Below, piece by piece: positions 50,641-63,214 of a stretch of 64,000 nucleotides of DNA. Source of the stretch: Octopus sinensis (taxonomy: Eukaryota); contig NC_043000.1 in NCBI RefSeq assembly GCF_006345805.1, positions 73,346,001 to 73,410,000 of the forward strand. Direction: 5' to 3'. The notes below the pieces were generated by a model. That model saw nothing but the letters and a program-made list of their open reading frames with translations. It was not told where the DNA came from and made no database searches. Position 1 is the stretch's first letter, and each line of letters starts with the position of its first letter. Both the position numbers and the translations under genes were made by a program.

Positions 50641-53600
50641 TGGCGCTATGTCTTTTCGTCCAGTGTCACTTCATCCATGTCTTTTCGTCTGACAGTATTT
50701 TTGTCCAACGACTTTTTGCCCAATTTTAAATAAACTCTTTAGAAACAAGGTGAAATATCTCTAATGATATATTCACAGAACTATAACAAGCCTTGTTATA
50801 GGATTGTTATTATCATTCTTTTTCTTTCTCTCTCTTAAGTATGGTGCTGTGTATAGAGGGTGCTGCAAATTTAGTATACATATTTTTAATTTACCCATCC
50901 CAAAATGACAAAGTTCATAGTATCAACCAAAGACAAAACAAAAGTAGTTGATGAAAGTAATTACATTTATGATTTTCTTTCAAGCATTACAAAACTAAGA
51001 AAAGAATACTGGAGATATGAGAAAAGAAGGCTATATTCAGTGCGAATTCACACTGTAATGGAAAACAATGAGCCAAAACTTATTTATTTTTCTAGTGGGT
51101 ACCTTCATCCAGCTGATGTAGATTTGTTAAATGCTAGAAAAGCAGTTGCAGAAATAAAGCATGAAGCGGTGGAAAACATAGCAGCAAGTTTGCATAGCAT
51201 AATAGCGGCTAAGTTTACGCAGCTAACAGAAAATACTTGCTCACAACTTCTTCGTTTGCCTGTACTTTTCAGGATTATTCAAAGGTGCTGACAAAAAAAT
51301 TCTGGATTTGCCGCTAATCCAGGGGCTAGGACTGGTTTTAAAATACCTCAACAATATTGTAAACTTGATAATGGCGAACAGTTTCTGAGATACGATTCAG
51401 GTATTGAGGATCAACAATGCTTACTAGTATTTGCATCAGAAAGTGCTCTTCAGGATATAGCATCATATCATCATTGGGCATGTGATAGAATGTTCAAAAT
51501 TGTGCCAGAACAGTTGTTTCAACTGTTTAACATTCATGTACAAGTTAAAGGTAGCAGTTTTCACAGGTCTTTGCATTACTACCGAATAAAACAAATCAGA
51601 TATATGAATTTGTTTGGGTGTGTGCCAGGGAAAAGCACCACTGATGCTATATTCCTGGTAAGGCAGCTGCAGGAGAAATACCTAGCCAAAGATAAGCCCC
51701 TGTACCTGGCTTTCGTTGACATGGAGAAAGCCTTTGATAGGCTTGGAGAAAGCCTTTGATAGGGTACCCCGATCCCTCATCTGGTGGTCAATGAGGAAAC
51801 TAGGGATAGATGAATGGCTGGTGAGGGCTGTGCAAGCCATGTACAGAGATGCCGTAAGTAAGGTTAGGGTTGGCAACATGTACACAGAAGAATTCAAAGT
51901 AGAGGTTGGGGTCCACCAGGGTTCAGTACTCAGCCCCCTCCTATTTATCATAGTCCTCCAGGCAATAACAGAGGAATTCAAGACAGGTTGCCCCTGGGAG
52001 CTCCTCTATGCTGACGACCTCGCTCTAATTGCTGAGTCACTATCAGAACTGGAGGAGAAGTTCCAGGTGTGGAAGGAGGGTTTAGAATCGAGGGGCCTTA
52101 GAGTCAACCTAGCTAAATCCAAAGTACTAATAAGTAGAAAGGTAGGCAATCCACAAATGTCCTCAGGAAGATGGCCCTGCTCGATCTGTAGAAAAGGTGT
52201 AAGTAGAAACTCTATAAGATGTACCCAGTGTAAGCTATGGACACATAAGAGGTGCAGCAATGTCAAAGGTAGGCTAACTGGGAAGATAGTTTTCATATGT
52301 GGCAGATGCTCGGAAGCATTGACCTCCGAAAATCTGCAGAAAACAACTTCCGTCACTTTCCAGGGGGAAAAATTAGAAGTAGTTGATAGCTTCCGTTATC
52401 TAGGTGACCAAGTCAGTAGTGGGGGTGGGTGCGCTGAGAGTGTAACTGCTAGAATAAGAATAGCCTGGGCAAAGTTTAGGGAGCTCTTACCTCTGCTGGT
52501 GACTAAAGGCCTCTCGCTCAGAGTAAAGGGCAGACTGTATGATGCATGTGTTCGAACTGCCATGCTACATGGCAGTGAAACATGGGCCGTGACTGCTGAG
52601 GACACGCGTAAGCTCATGAGGAATGAAGCCAGTATGCTCCGATGGATGTGTAATGTCAGTGTACTTACTCGACAGAGCGTTAGTTCCCTGAGAGAAATGT
52701 TGTACCTAAGAAGCATCAGTTGTTGCATGCAAGAGAGACGATTGCGCTGGTATGGTCATGTGGCGAGAATGGATGAAGATAGGTGTGTGAGAAAGTGCCA
52801 ATCCCTAGCAGTTGAGGGAACCCGTGGAAGAGGTAGACCCAGGAAAACCTGGGACGAGGTGGTGAAGCACGACCTTCGAACGTTAGGTCTCACCATGGAA
52901 ATGACTAGAGACCGAGACCTATGGAAGTATGCTGTGCGTGAGAAGACCTGGCAAGACTAGTGAAGCCATAACCCGTGGCCCCTACCTGGGACGTAGTCAG
53001 TCCACCTGTGCATACCTTCCTGATTGTGACACTTGTGAAGACCTGTTGAGGCAAATCAAATCAAAGTCAAATTGAATCAAGTCAAACCAAATCAAAATAG
53101 ATAAACATCAATGGAATTTGTATCCTTGTGGTACCAGTGCCGGTGGCACATAAGAAAACCATCCGAACGGGACCGTAGCCAGTACCGCATTGACTGGCCT
53201 CCGTGCCGTGGGCACGTAACAAACACCATCCAATCGTAGCCGTTCGCTAGCCTCGTCTGGCACCTGTGTCGGTGGCACATAAGAAAAACACCGAAAACAC
53301 CATATCCGAGCGTGGCCGTCTGCCAGCCTCGTCTGGCACCTGTGTCGGTGGCACATAAAAGCACCCACTACACTCTCGGAGTGGTTGGCATTAGGAAGGG
53401 CATCCAGCTGTAGAAACACTGCCAGATCTGACTGGCCTGGTGTAGCCTTCGGGCTTGCCAGACCCCAGTTGAACACCGTCCAACCCATGCTAGCATGGAA
53501 AGCGGACGTTAAACGATGATGATGATGATGATGATGAATTATTTATTGAGCAATTGAAAATTATGCAACCTAATGCATATCTGCTTGATCTCATGGCAGA

Positions 53601-54460
53601 TTTCAAAGTTGCAGTTCATAAGGCATTTAATTCATCATTCTCTAATTCATCTATTGTGGCCTGTTTGTTTCATTTAAGCCAATCAATGTTTAAAAAAATT
53701 GCAGAATTAGGCCTCAAAGAAAAATACAATACAGACTCTGAATTCTGAGTTAAAATTCGATGTTTTCAGCATTAGCCTTCCTACCCGTCGATGATGTCAA
53801 AGAGGTCTATGAAGAATTAATAGACAATGAAGAAATACCTACAGAATTCATTGCTTATTTCACCTTGACTTACATAGGCATTGCGAGAGGACGTGGTGCT
53901 AGACAAAGGAGAGAACCACCTACATTCCTGATAGCTGTATGGAATGTTAATCAGCATTCTCTTCAAGATCTCACCAGAACAAATAATGCTGCGGAGGGTT
54001 TTCATTCTGCAATAAAGTGTTCGGCGGGTGATGTACATATGAATATTTGAAAATTAATCAAAACTCTGAAGGAAGAGGAAGGATTCAAATCCTTCGAGGA
54101 GATCCGTCAAATTCATGTACACGATATCGAAGAATAACTGAACACCTCAAAGATTGTTCATTGAATATGGGTCAACAAGAAAAATTGATTTTTTGAAAAG
54201 TGTGGCATATAATTTGTATCAGTTTTAAGTGATCATAATAAACCATTAGTTATATTTTATTACTTTTTAAAATGACTTTTTAAAATACATTTTTCCACAG
54301 TATTTTACTTGAATCCTATCGATAAAATTCTCAATGATTATTTGATTTTCATGTTCACCTTGTTTTCTAAAGTTTATTTAAAATTGGACAAAAAGTCACT
54401 GGACAAAAAGACGGACAAAAAGATGTGGACAAAGTGACAGATGAACAATCAGGTCGCGGT
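50641..54460 (+). mobile_element. MULE/Mutator-like transposon (FLYWCH-like + MULE transposase), interrupted by a LINE
   Basis: YWRYEKRR, FLRYDSG, LLVFAS, WACDRMFKIVP, VFALLPNK // ACLFHLSQS, RTNNAAEGFH. ~100-bp imperfect TIRs built from ttttgtcc/ggacaaaa repeats. Confidence 0.88.
51612..53533 (+). mobile_element. Young 5'-truncated RTE family A LINE with TSD
   Basis: 414-aa ORF with YADD and intact PHD-like finger, full 3' UTR, (GAT)n tail. ATGAATT at 51604-51610 and 53534-53540. 22-bp tandem duplication near 51720-51765. Confidence 0.95.
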
Positions 54461-54509
54461 AAATATTTTTGCTTATTTCTGATGTTCTTGTTTATTTCTT
54501 TATATTTAG

Positions 54510-54668
54510 ACCAGTCCATTGAAAATGGTGATGGTGGCAAATCTGACACCACTTTACATGATGGTAACAATCAGAGTGATGTATTAAAGGAAGATATGAA
54601 AGTGTTAACTGGAGACTCTGGTTTAAATCCTGGACAGCATTATTTAATTGTCTCCAAAGATACAGCAG
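54510..54668 (+). CDS. Candidate internal host exon (159 nt, phase 1-1): (D)QSIENGDGGKSDTTLHDGNNQSDVLKEDMKVLTGDSGLNPGQHYLIVSKDTA(G)
   Basis: Branch-like ttctgat, polypyrimidine tract, tttag acceptor, consensus CAG|gtaagt donor, open frame, length divisible by 3. Confidence 0.75.
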
Positions 54669-54899
54669 GTAAGTTGTTTTACTAATACCAGTAAACTTGT
54701 GCCTTCATTTCTTTTGTATCACAAAAGATCACTGCAGGTCGATAGAACATGCATGCACATACACAGATATGCCAGGCTCTCTGATATATTTCAATCTTTC
54801 TGTGTTGAGTATGAAATATACATTGTTTCATTAATGATAAGCCATCTAAGTTAAAACATGCAAATTAAGCTATTTACTGGTAAATGGTATATGGCCTTG

Positions 54900-55320
54900 C
54901 TCAAAATGTAGGAAAGGAGTTGGAAGAAATTCCATTCACTGTACCCAGTGTAAACTATGGACACATAAGAGGTGTAGTGGAATCCCAGGTAGATTAACAG
55001 ATAAAGTCATCTTTGTATGTGGCAGATATGCAGGAACAATAAGCACTAAGAGTACATGGGACTTAGATTCTCTCAAATGCCAAGGAAGCTCTTTTGTGGT
55101 TGTAGATAGTTTTTGTTACCTAGGTGACCAAATTAGCAATGGTGGAGCATGCGCTGAAAGTATTAATTTCAAGAATAAGAATAGGGTGGAGGAAGTTCAG
55201 AGAGCTATTACCTCTGTTAGCAACAAAAGGACTCTCTGTGAGTGAAAGATGCTTGTGTGAATGGTTATACTCCATAGTAGTGAGACATGGACTCTGAATG
55301 CAGAAGACATGCATAGACAA
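54900..55320 (+). pseudogene. Old RTE-type LINE RT fragment
   Basis: CTQCKLWTHKRC, FCYLGDQ, RIRIGWRKFRELLPL. Confidence 0.8.
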
Positions 55321-55439
55321 GGCCCTTCCTAATGACAACTATTCCAAGAGTGTAGTGGGTGCTTTTAGGCGCCACTGACATAGGTGCCATTTGCGTGACA
55401 CCAGTATCTACCACAACTGCGATTTAACTTGGTTTGATG

Positions 55440-55640
55440 GGTCTAAAAATCCTTTGCCTATCTAGATGACATCATAGCTGGCAAAAACCAATATGAACAT
55501 AACCTCAGAAGATTTATCCATACAGCAAAAACATTGGGCATCAACAAGGGCAACAACCAATTTTGTCAGAAGCAAATCAGCTTCCTCGGACACATCAGAA
55601 ATTCAGCAATAGAACCCGATCCTAAAAGGTACTAGACTCT
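55440..55640 (+). pseudogene. Ty3/gypsy RT fragment
   Basis: Hand translation FAYLDDII...HNLRRF...QISFLGH...IEPDP. Confidence 0.7.
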
Positions 55641-56239
55641 ACTAAATGAATAAACAACACTGAGAGAACATATTATGCAAAGTGGATACCTCAGTGCTCC
55701 CACCCCACTGTTCTACTTACTAGGACCAGAGAGAATATCAACAAAGCCAGACTGCCAGAAACAAAAACAGGGCTTACAAGCTGGAAGGCTGCACCAGATT
55801 CCAGTTTGATTTGGTAAGGCATTGAAACCTTACCAAATCAAACTGGAATCTGGTGCAGCCTTCCAGCTTGTAAGCCCTGGTCAAACTGTCCAACCCATGC
55901 TAGCATGGGAAACAGACGTTAAATGATGATGATGTTTCTTTCTATGAATTTGTCCATGACATGCTGAAAAATTATGATGGCATTGGTACAAACAAAGGGG
56001 CGGTGTTTAAACTCATGCAGTTTCCCCCACTGCTTCGAACACTGTCAACTTATAGTCTGGGTAGGAGTTCCACCTGGTGATATGCAGCTATTATATCTAT
56101 ATTTCTGAAAACCTTGTTTACTGTTATTTTATTTAGAAGATCATTGATCCAGGGAGTTGGGTAGGCATCCAGTTGTGTGTAGATATTTATAGTGTTCTAG
56201 TAGATGATTACTAGTCTTTTCTTTCTTCCATTAGATGTC

Positions 56240-57130
56240 ACGAAACATTGAGCTCATCAGGGACTACAGCTCACCTGAATTATGTCCTCTGAAAGCAACT
56301 TATCTATTTGGTGCTCATTAAACTCTGCACCTTGAAGTTGTTGCAATTGGTTTGAGTTAGTGGTCTTAATGCCTGGAAGAAGTTCATATGTGGTGCATTT
56401 GAAACTTGACATGGACATGCAAAATGACACAGGCTTGCACATACCCTTGAAGTCAATTGTGACTACTGAGCGTTGACTGAGGATATTGATTCTGATGATC
56501 ATTGGAACTACAAATTGGTTGGCCATAACGAAAGTAACATATATGTTATTTCCCAGTTGCAGTTTGCTCCTGAATTTGCCTTTAATTTCCAGTACTGTAT
56601 TGTTGGCCAGCCTAACTTTTCCTGGGCTGGTATAATCATATTGTAATCCCCAGGCTGCAAGAAGATTCACTTCCACAAATGTCCTATCAGAACCCATATC
56701 TAGAAGGCCTTGTGCATTGTTGCACTTAATCTTAATGAGTACCAGCGATCCCATATCGTTAGTAACTGCTAAAATGATGGTCGATAAGCTTCCATCACTG
56801 TTTCTCTTTGACTCACTCTCAGGCTCCATGATAACTATTGTTTTAGGGGAATTTTGTTTGTTTTTTGGTGGCTTTTTGAGAGGCAGACCATCTCCCAGTG
56901 GCTTTTCTTCTGACACCTTCTGTAAGTGGAGTTTCTTACCAGGCATTGATTTTTTTTTATGGATGTCTCCACTACACCAAAAGCATGTTGATTTTGCAGC
57001 TGCAAAAGTAATGGTTGATCATTACCAGATGTGAGTTGTGATGGGTTTGCAAGTGTCCTCAGTAGCCACTTCCATGGTAGCAGTAGCTCTATCAATGACT
57101 TAACTGTTTCTCCAATATCTGATGAGGAAT
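56240..57130 (-). pseudogene. Ty3/gypsy gag zinc knuckles + aspartic protease + RT start
   Basis: CFWCSGDIHKKNQC, RRCQKKSHWEMVC, GLLDMGSDRTFV, QIDKLLSEDIIQVSCSP. Confidence 0.8.
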
Positions 57131-57479
57131 GTTACAGGTACCTAGTGGTGGTTAAAAACTTATCTTACAATGGCACCTGTAACAAGACATGTCACTAAAG
57201 AAAATTACATTTATTTATAGACATCTCTATCTATCTATCTATCTGTCTGTCTGTCTGTCTGTCTGTCTGCATGGACAGACGCTAGTCAAATGGGCTCCAC
57301 ATAAGTTGGCCACTTTTACATGTTTAAAACTCCTTGTTGTCAAATATTTTGTTTTTAATCGTTGTGCAAGATCATTCACTAAAAAACCTGAGAATTATTC
57401 ACATAGAATTCCGCCCCTGTATGGGCGAAATTACCAAAAGTTTCAAAATTTTCGTGGGTTCTTTTTAGCCTTTTTTCAT

Positions 57480-60400
57480 TTTGAAAATGGCAACAGGAAA
57501 CCACGTGGCTAGCTCGCCAGTCTTGCGGAACGGTAGCGAAACACTATTGTTGCTATTAGCTGCTAAACCTCGCAGCTTGAACACCACTGTCACCACCACC
57601 ACCACCACCACCACAACAACAAAACTAACGTTGAGAGACCATTCACCATCGCCACCACCAAAGACATTAACTTAGATTTTCCCCCACTCCCTACACCACT
57701 TATCGATGAAAGAAGGACAGAGAAAGGGATTTCAAAAACGAATACAAACACAAACATGAATCCCAGTACCACCACCATCACTACCAACAACAACAACGAA
57801 ATCAGCACAAAGCCGCCTACTGAAGACAACACTGCCAACACCAACACCACTACCACGACTTCAACGAACTCCACTGCCACTAACACCATCAAAAATAGAA
57901 CTAACTTCACGGAAGCCATAAAACAAAAAGGACAATCGTAAAATTCACCGCACAGGAAATAAACCTCACAAAGGCACTTTTCACCAAAGAAGGAGATAAA
58001 TTGCATCTTCACATTCCACAACACATTGTGGAAAACACACACAAAAAAACCAATAATATACAAAGTCATCAACAAGAAGACAAGACGACCAGAAAATGCA
58101 CTGCAGGGAAAAATTGAAAAATGCCTTAGGAGTATGTTAGTTGGGGACATAAATTTAGCACAGTCCAAGTACGTTTCCTCAATGAAAATCTTGCAAAATG
58201 ATTTTCCACATTGGAGCTGCATTCAGATGATTTGGTAATGATACCAACTTATTTAGGCCAGAGGGTGATGAAAGTCCAAATAAAAAATGTACCAATTGAA
58301 GTCGAAATACAATGGTTAGTCTCTGCCATCTGCTTTGAAATGGCAGAGACAAACATTCTTGAAATCGCTATTCTAGAACAAAAAAACTGGGTGGGAAAAT
58401 CAATCCAATTCCTCCTTCAATTGGATGAAACAACAAGAGAAAAGATACCCACCACTATAGAACTGCCAGAAGGCTACAAACTCTATGTAATGGTAGAGGG
58501 CAGGTGACCATGTTGCTATTTGTGCGGAAGCGAAACATATTTGAAAAAGAAGTGTCCAACCACTGCACAACAAGAGCAACAACAACCACTACCACAACCA
58601 AAACACTCCAAGAAAAAAGCACTACTACCCACACCACCATCAACACAGAAGACGACAAGAGAAGCACACTAAGCTAATCCATCAACAACCAAAAATAATA
58701 CAATACCTGATAAAATATCAACACCACCAACAACAGCAAGAACTAAAGGAACAGAAAAACAAAAAAATATACAAAAACTGATTCCCCATCCCCTATACCG
58801 CACTCACCACACACAAACACTCAACAACCAACAGCAACGAAAACAACACAACCACTTACACAGACATACATAGAAGCCTACAACATACTCCTACCCCCTT
58901 CTGATTCCTCAGAAAATTCATCGGAAGACGAAACCAGCGAGGAATGGCAAATAGCTAGAAAAGGAAGGAAAAAAAAAGAGCAGAAACACAACCAAACCAA
59001 ATGCAAACACAAACAAAGCAGGGAGAAATACATCTCCCGAAGACATTTTGAAACCCACCACAAACAACAGCCACACCAACACCACAAAAATATATACAGC
59101 AAACATGCTCACAGCTATAGACACCAAAAACACAAATTTGATGGAATACATCAAATCAAAAACAAACATCACAGAAGATGATATAAAAACAAACAATCAC
59201 CCATACACAACACCACCGGATCACATCAAAATACTATATACCTCCAGAAGTCTGCACCACACACTAAAAGGCTTTTTTTTCCCAGTGCAGTTGGTAAATG
59301 CCAAAAATACCTCACGAAGAAACTTTACTGGGATCTCCTCGAGGACAAACCAAAGGAGGAGAAAAAGCAAAAACTGTCGAGCAGTAAGTAACCCTCTGTT
59401 CCTTTCGCTTGTATTTTAATTCACTAGGATTATGATCAAGATTGGTTGTGTAATTGCACGTGGCTTGGGGTCCCCTTGGAAACAAGGGTACCTCTTAAAT
59501 GACATAAAGTCACACAAGTTAGAAATCATAGCCATAAGTGAGACCAGACACCACAATCCGCAAGCCCTAAAGACCATGTTTGGCGGACAGTTCAACATTT
59601 ATTTTCCCCCCTGTCTGCCAAGAATGGGCGGTAGTGGCACCGCAGTACTTTTTCGCAGTAGTCTGGATCTCAAAGTAACGACAATATTCGTAGACCCGGA
59701 GGGTAGACTGGTCGTCCTGGATGTTGACGGCAGCAATGGGTGCGCTTTTCGACTTGTATCAGTCTACGCACTAACAGGTCAGGTGGATTTCTTTCAACAT
59801 CTAGAAGTATTCTTGGGAACGTCTCGTCCTTTACTCTTAGTGGGGGATTGGAATGCTACCTTGGACATGCATGTTGACTCCGTGGGCAGAGATAGGAATA
59901 GACAGGGATGCAAATGCCTCAGAGACCTGCTCAGACGCTTTCAACTGTCTGACAGGTACCGACTCGACCACCCGAATGCGCCAACATGGACATGAAGCAA
60001 CTGCATCGGGTTGTCGAGATCGTATCTAGATAGGATACTTTGTAGGACAGTAGATAGAGATAGCGTAGGATGTCCACAATTCCACATAGTCAGCTACACA
60101 GATCACAAACTTGTGATATGTATGCTAGACTTAGGTAAGACACAGGCAGGGTCCCGGATACTGGAAACTAAACGCGTCTTTCCCATCGAGACAGGTTTTC
60201 TGAGACCGGATTAGCACACTAGTAAAGAGGGCTTTGACGGGAGCCATCATCAACAACAAATGGTGGTTTTCCCTCAAGAGAGCAGTAAAAGTAGAAGCGA
60301 TTAGGTACAGCAAAGCACTAGCCATAGATAGAAACAGAGTAGAGGGGGAGCTAGTTAAGAAGCAAGAAGAGGCAATTAGAAGTGGCATTGCATCTGACGT

Positions 60401-61815
60401 TTTGGCGGCGAGGTTGGCCCTCGACCAATACTTGTCAGAGCTAGGATGCGTGCTCTAAGGAATGAAGGTGTTGGAGCCACGCAAGAGGCCTGGGTGGCAG
60501 AGGCGCAACAGGGCAACAAATCCACCATTCGGTCTCTGGTAGATGAACAGGGGCGCGAATTGCTCGAGCCAAGTAAAATGTGTGAGGCCTTTCAACAGCA
60601 TTTTGCCCGACTGTTCAGGACGAGTGGCAGGCAAGAACGTAGGGTAGACTTCAGTGCCTACCTACACAACCTACCACGACTCTCAACAAGAGAGGCAGGG
60701 CACTGCGAAGGTGCCATCACGGCGGCGGAAGTTCAGGACGTGATGGCAGAATGCTCGAGCGACACGAAATTTACAGTTGTATGCCAGACTTGTTTGGAGA
60801 CGTCTTGGCAGCAGTGTACTGCAACTGGCAGCAAAACGGGAGCATTCCTGGTTTTGTGAGCCGAGGAGACGTAACACTGCTGAAGAAAGATCTAAACGAG
60901 GGGGATGTAATAGATCACTTTAGGCCCATCACTCTGCTTAATGCAGACTTGAAAATTTTGGCCAAGGTGTTAGCCAAGAGGTTGGCGCTTGTCATCGAGA
61001 AACTGGTCGACAAAGTGCAAATGTGTGCCGTGCTGGGCCGGAGCATCCATGACAACCTCCACCTGATGCGCTACATCATAGACAGGGTAGTTAAGGAACC
61101 TGGCATGGGTGGGGCGCTGATCAATTTGGATCAATCGAAAGCTTTCGATAGGGCAGACCATTGATACTTGGAGGCTGTCCTCAGAGCGGCTGGTTTTGGT
61201 CCAGTCTTCCGCGGCTGGATAGCCGCTTTGTACAGAGGTATCCATTCGGTAATTCGCGTAAATGGACATCTATTGAGACCTTTCGACATTGCACATTCGG
61301 TCCGTCAAGGATGCCCCTCTCGTTGCTTCTCTACGTATTGACTCTTGAGTCATTATTGCGGAAGCTAGCAGCTCTGAGGGGCATCCTGTGAGAATTGGGA
61401 TGCGGGATGAGCGTGTCTGCATACGCGGACGACATCACCGTCATAGTGTCTAGCCATGAGCATATCGAGCTGGTTGGCGAGACACTGAAAGACTACGAAG
61501 CGGTGACAGGAGCAAAAATCACCGGGAAAAATTAGTGGGCTTGCGACTCGGCACCTGGAGAAGCAAGCCGATGCTGTCCACCAGCGCCTCCGTCGTCGGA
61601 CGCTGAGCTAACGGTCCGGTCGAGTTGCTCGGGCTCTGGTTTGGTCCGGACCTCCAAATGGAGAAAGACTAGGAATGAGATAACGTGTAGGGTGGTCACT
61701 CTCGCCCGGCAATGAAGGAAACGAAGGAAACTGTCCCTAAAAAGTCGGGCGGAGGTGGCAAACTTGTACACCGAGTTCATCTTCTACTACCGCCTGACCG
61801 TCGTACCTTGATCGA
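57480..61815 (+). mobile_element. Tx1/L1-clade LINE, decayed (ORF1 with zinc knuckle; ORF2 APE + RT), 3' truncated
   Basis: ORF1 CYLCGSETYLKKKC. ORF2 from 59432: AISETR, EGRLV, GDWN, YLDR, TDH, FRPITLLNADLKI, LDQSKAFDR, RQGCP, AYADD. Confidence 0.92.
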
Positions 61816-61834
61816 AATTGCAAGAGACAGGCCT

Positions 61835-62018
61835 ACAATTCCAGTCTGTTATATATTTTGAGTATTGTTATCACTAGCGACATCAAGATATAACTTTGTA
61901 TTTTGTATTTTATGTGTAGATGTATATATATAGATGTACATGTAATATGTACACATATATATACACATATATACATGCACTAGCACTATGACCCGGCAAC
62001 AACGGGTCATAATGCTAG
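61835..62018 (+). mobile_element. Helitron-like 3' end fragment
   Basis: Near-identical to 47235-47437, with gacccggcaacaacgggtc hairpin and CTAG|T. Confidence 0.75.
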
Positions 62019-62505
62019 TTTATTTATAAAATTATTCTAAGTTTTATATCTCTATAAATTCATACATAGCTTATATAGAATTATACTGATATATTCACTA
62101 CTTATAAAAAAACTGCTTAGATTAAAATTTTATTAATATATAATTAGCATGTTCTATTACCTCAATACTCCTTTATTAATACCAGTAAATATCATTTAAT
62201 CAATATTCACAAATACCATCTGATGAGCTAGTATTTAAGTATACAATATGTAGAAATATTAAACTATTTCTATATAATTTCTTTTCCTCTCTCTATTGTA
62301 GTAAAAGTTTGGGATCTTTTCCTTTTGAACGGCACTTTTTAACATAATTTCTAGGTAACTAAAAAGTTTTAAACTTCGTATACTGGTAGAATGTGTTTAT
62401 AAAACATCATTTTCTCTTGGTTTTATTGAGAAATTTCTATAGTTTGCAAGATATTTCGTCTGAAATTTCGAGCATTTCGGCTATTTTAACCAATCGATTA
62501 CCTCC

Positions 62506-62731
62506 ATTGAGCTAAAATCATTTGCTGCGTCTAAAACTGAAACATCCTGTCACTAACCCTAACCCTAAATTTTTTTTTCTTCTTTGTTAAATTAATTTAA
62601 TTGTTACGCACATGCGTAACAATTAAATTAATTTAACAAATAAGAAAAAAAAATTAGGGTTAGGGTGAGGTTTAGGGTTAGTGACAGGATGTTGTCTCAG
62701 TTTTAGACGCAGCAAATTATTTTAGCTCAAT
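62506..62731. repeat. ~225-bp near-perfect palindrome containing CCCTAA/TTAGGG motifs
   Basis: Arms attgagctaaaat...ttacgca / tgcgtaa...attttagctcaat around a 2-nt loop at 62611-62612. Confidence 0.92.
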
Positions 62732-62734
62732 TGA

Positions 62735-63119
62735 GGAAGCACTCCGACGGTTACGACGACGAGGGTTCCGGTTGATTTGAATCAACGGAACAGCCTGCTC
62801 GTGAAATTAACGTGTAAGTGGCTGAACACTCCACAGACACGTGCACCCTTAACGTAGTTCTCGGGGATATTCAGCGTGACACAGAGAGTGACAAGGCCGG
62901 CCCCTTGAAATACAGGTACAACAGAAACAGGAAGTAAGAGTGAGAGAAAGTTGTGGTGAAAGAGTACAGCAGGGATCACCACCATCCCCTGCCAGAGCCG
63001 CGTGGAGCTTTTAGGTGTTTTTGCTCAATAAACACTCACAACGCCCGGCCTGGGAATCGAAACCGCGATCCTATGACAGCGAGTCCGCTGCCCTAACCAC
63101 TGGGCCATTGCGCCTCCAC
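62735..63119 (-). mobile_element. Second tRNA-derived SINE family, full length, CpG-rich
   Basis: A-box TGGCCCAGTGG and B-box GGTTTCGATTCC on -. ctcaatt occurs on both flanks (possible TSD). Confidence 0.85.
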
Positions 63120-63214
63120 ACTCAATTAGCTCAATTAGAGGCGATTCATTGGTTAAAATTCCAAAAATTAAACTACGTTAAACAAACGAATTACAATTTT
63201 ATCAAGAAAGTAAT

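Noticed and set aside
56143-56165. Next host exon after 54668 (tttag|aagatc...gg|gtaggc)
   Set aside because: The phase-1 reading hits TGA after three codons.
59384-59427. Intron fusing Tx1 ORF1 to ORF2 (gtaagt...ctag)
   Set aside because: Only 44 nt, and splicing at the strong donor gives AGA TTA TGA (stop). Only a weaker donor would be in frame.
63045-63119. tRNA gene
   Set aside because: It has A and B boxes but no proper acceptor stem and continues into a SINE body.
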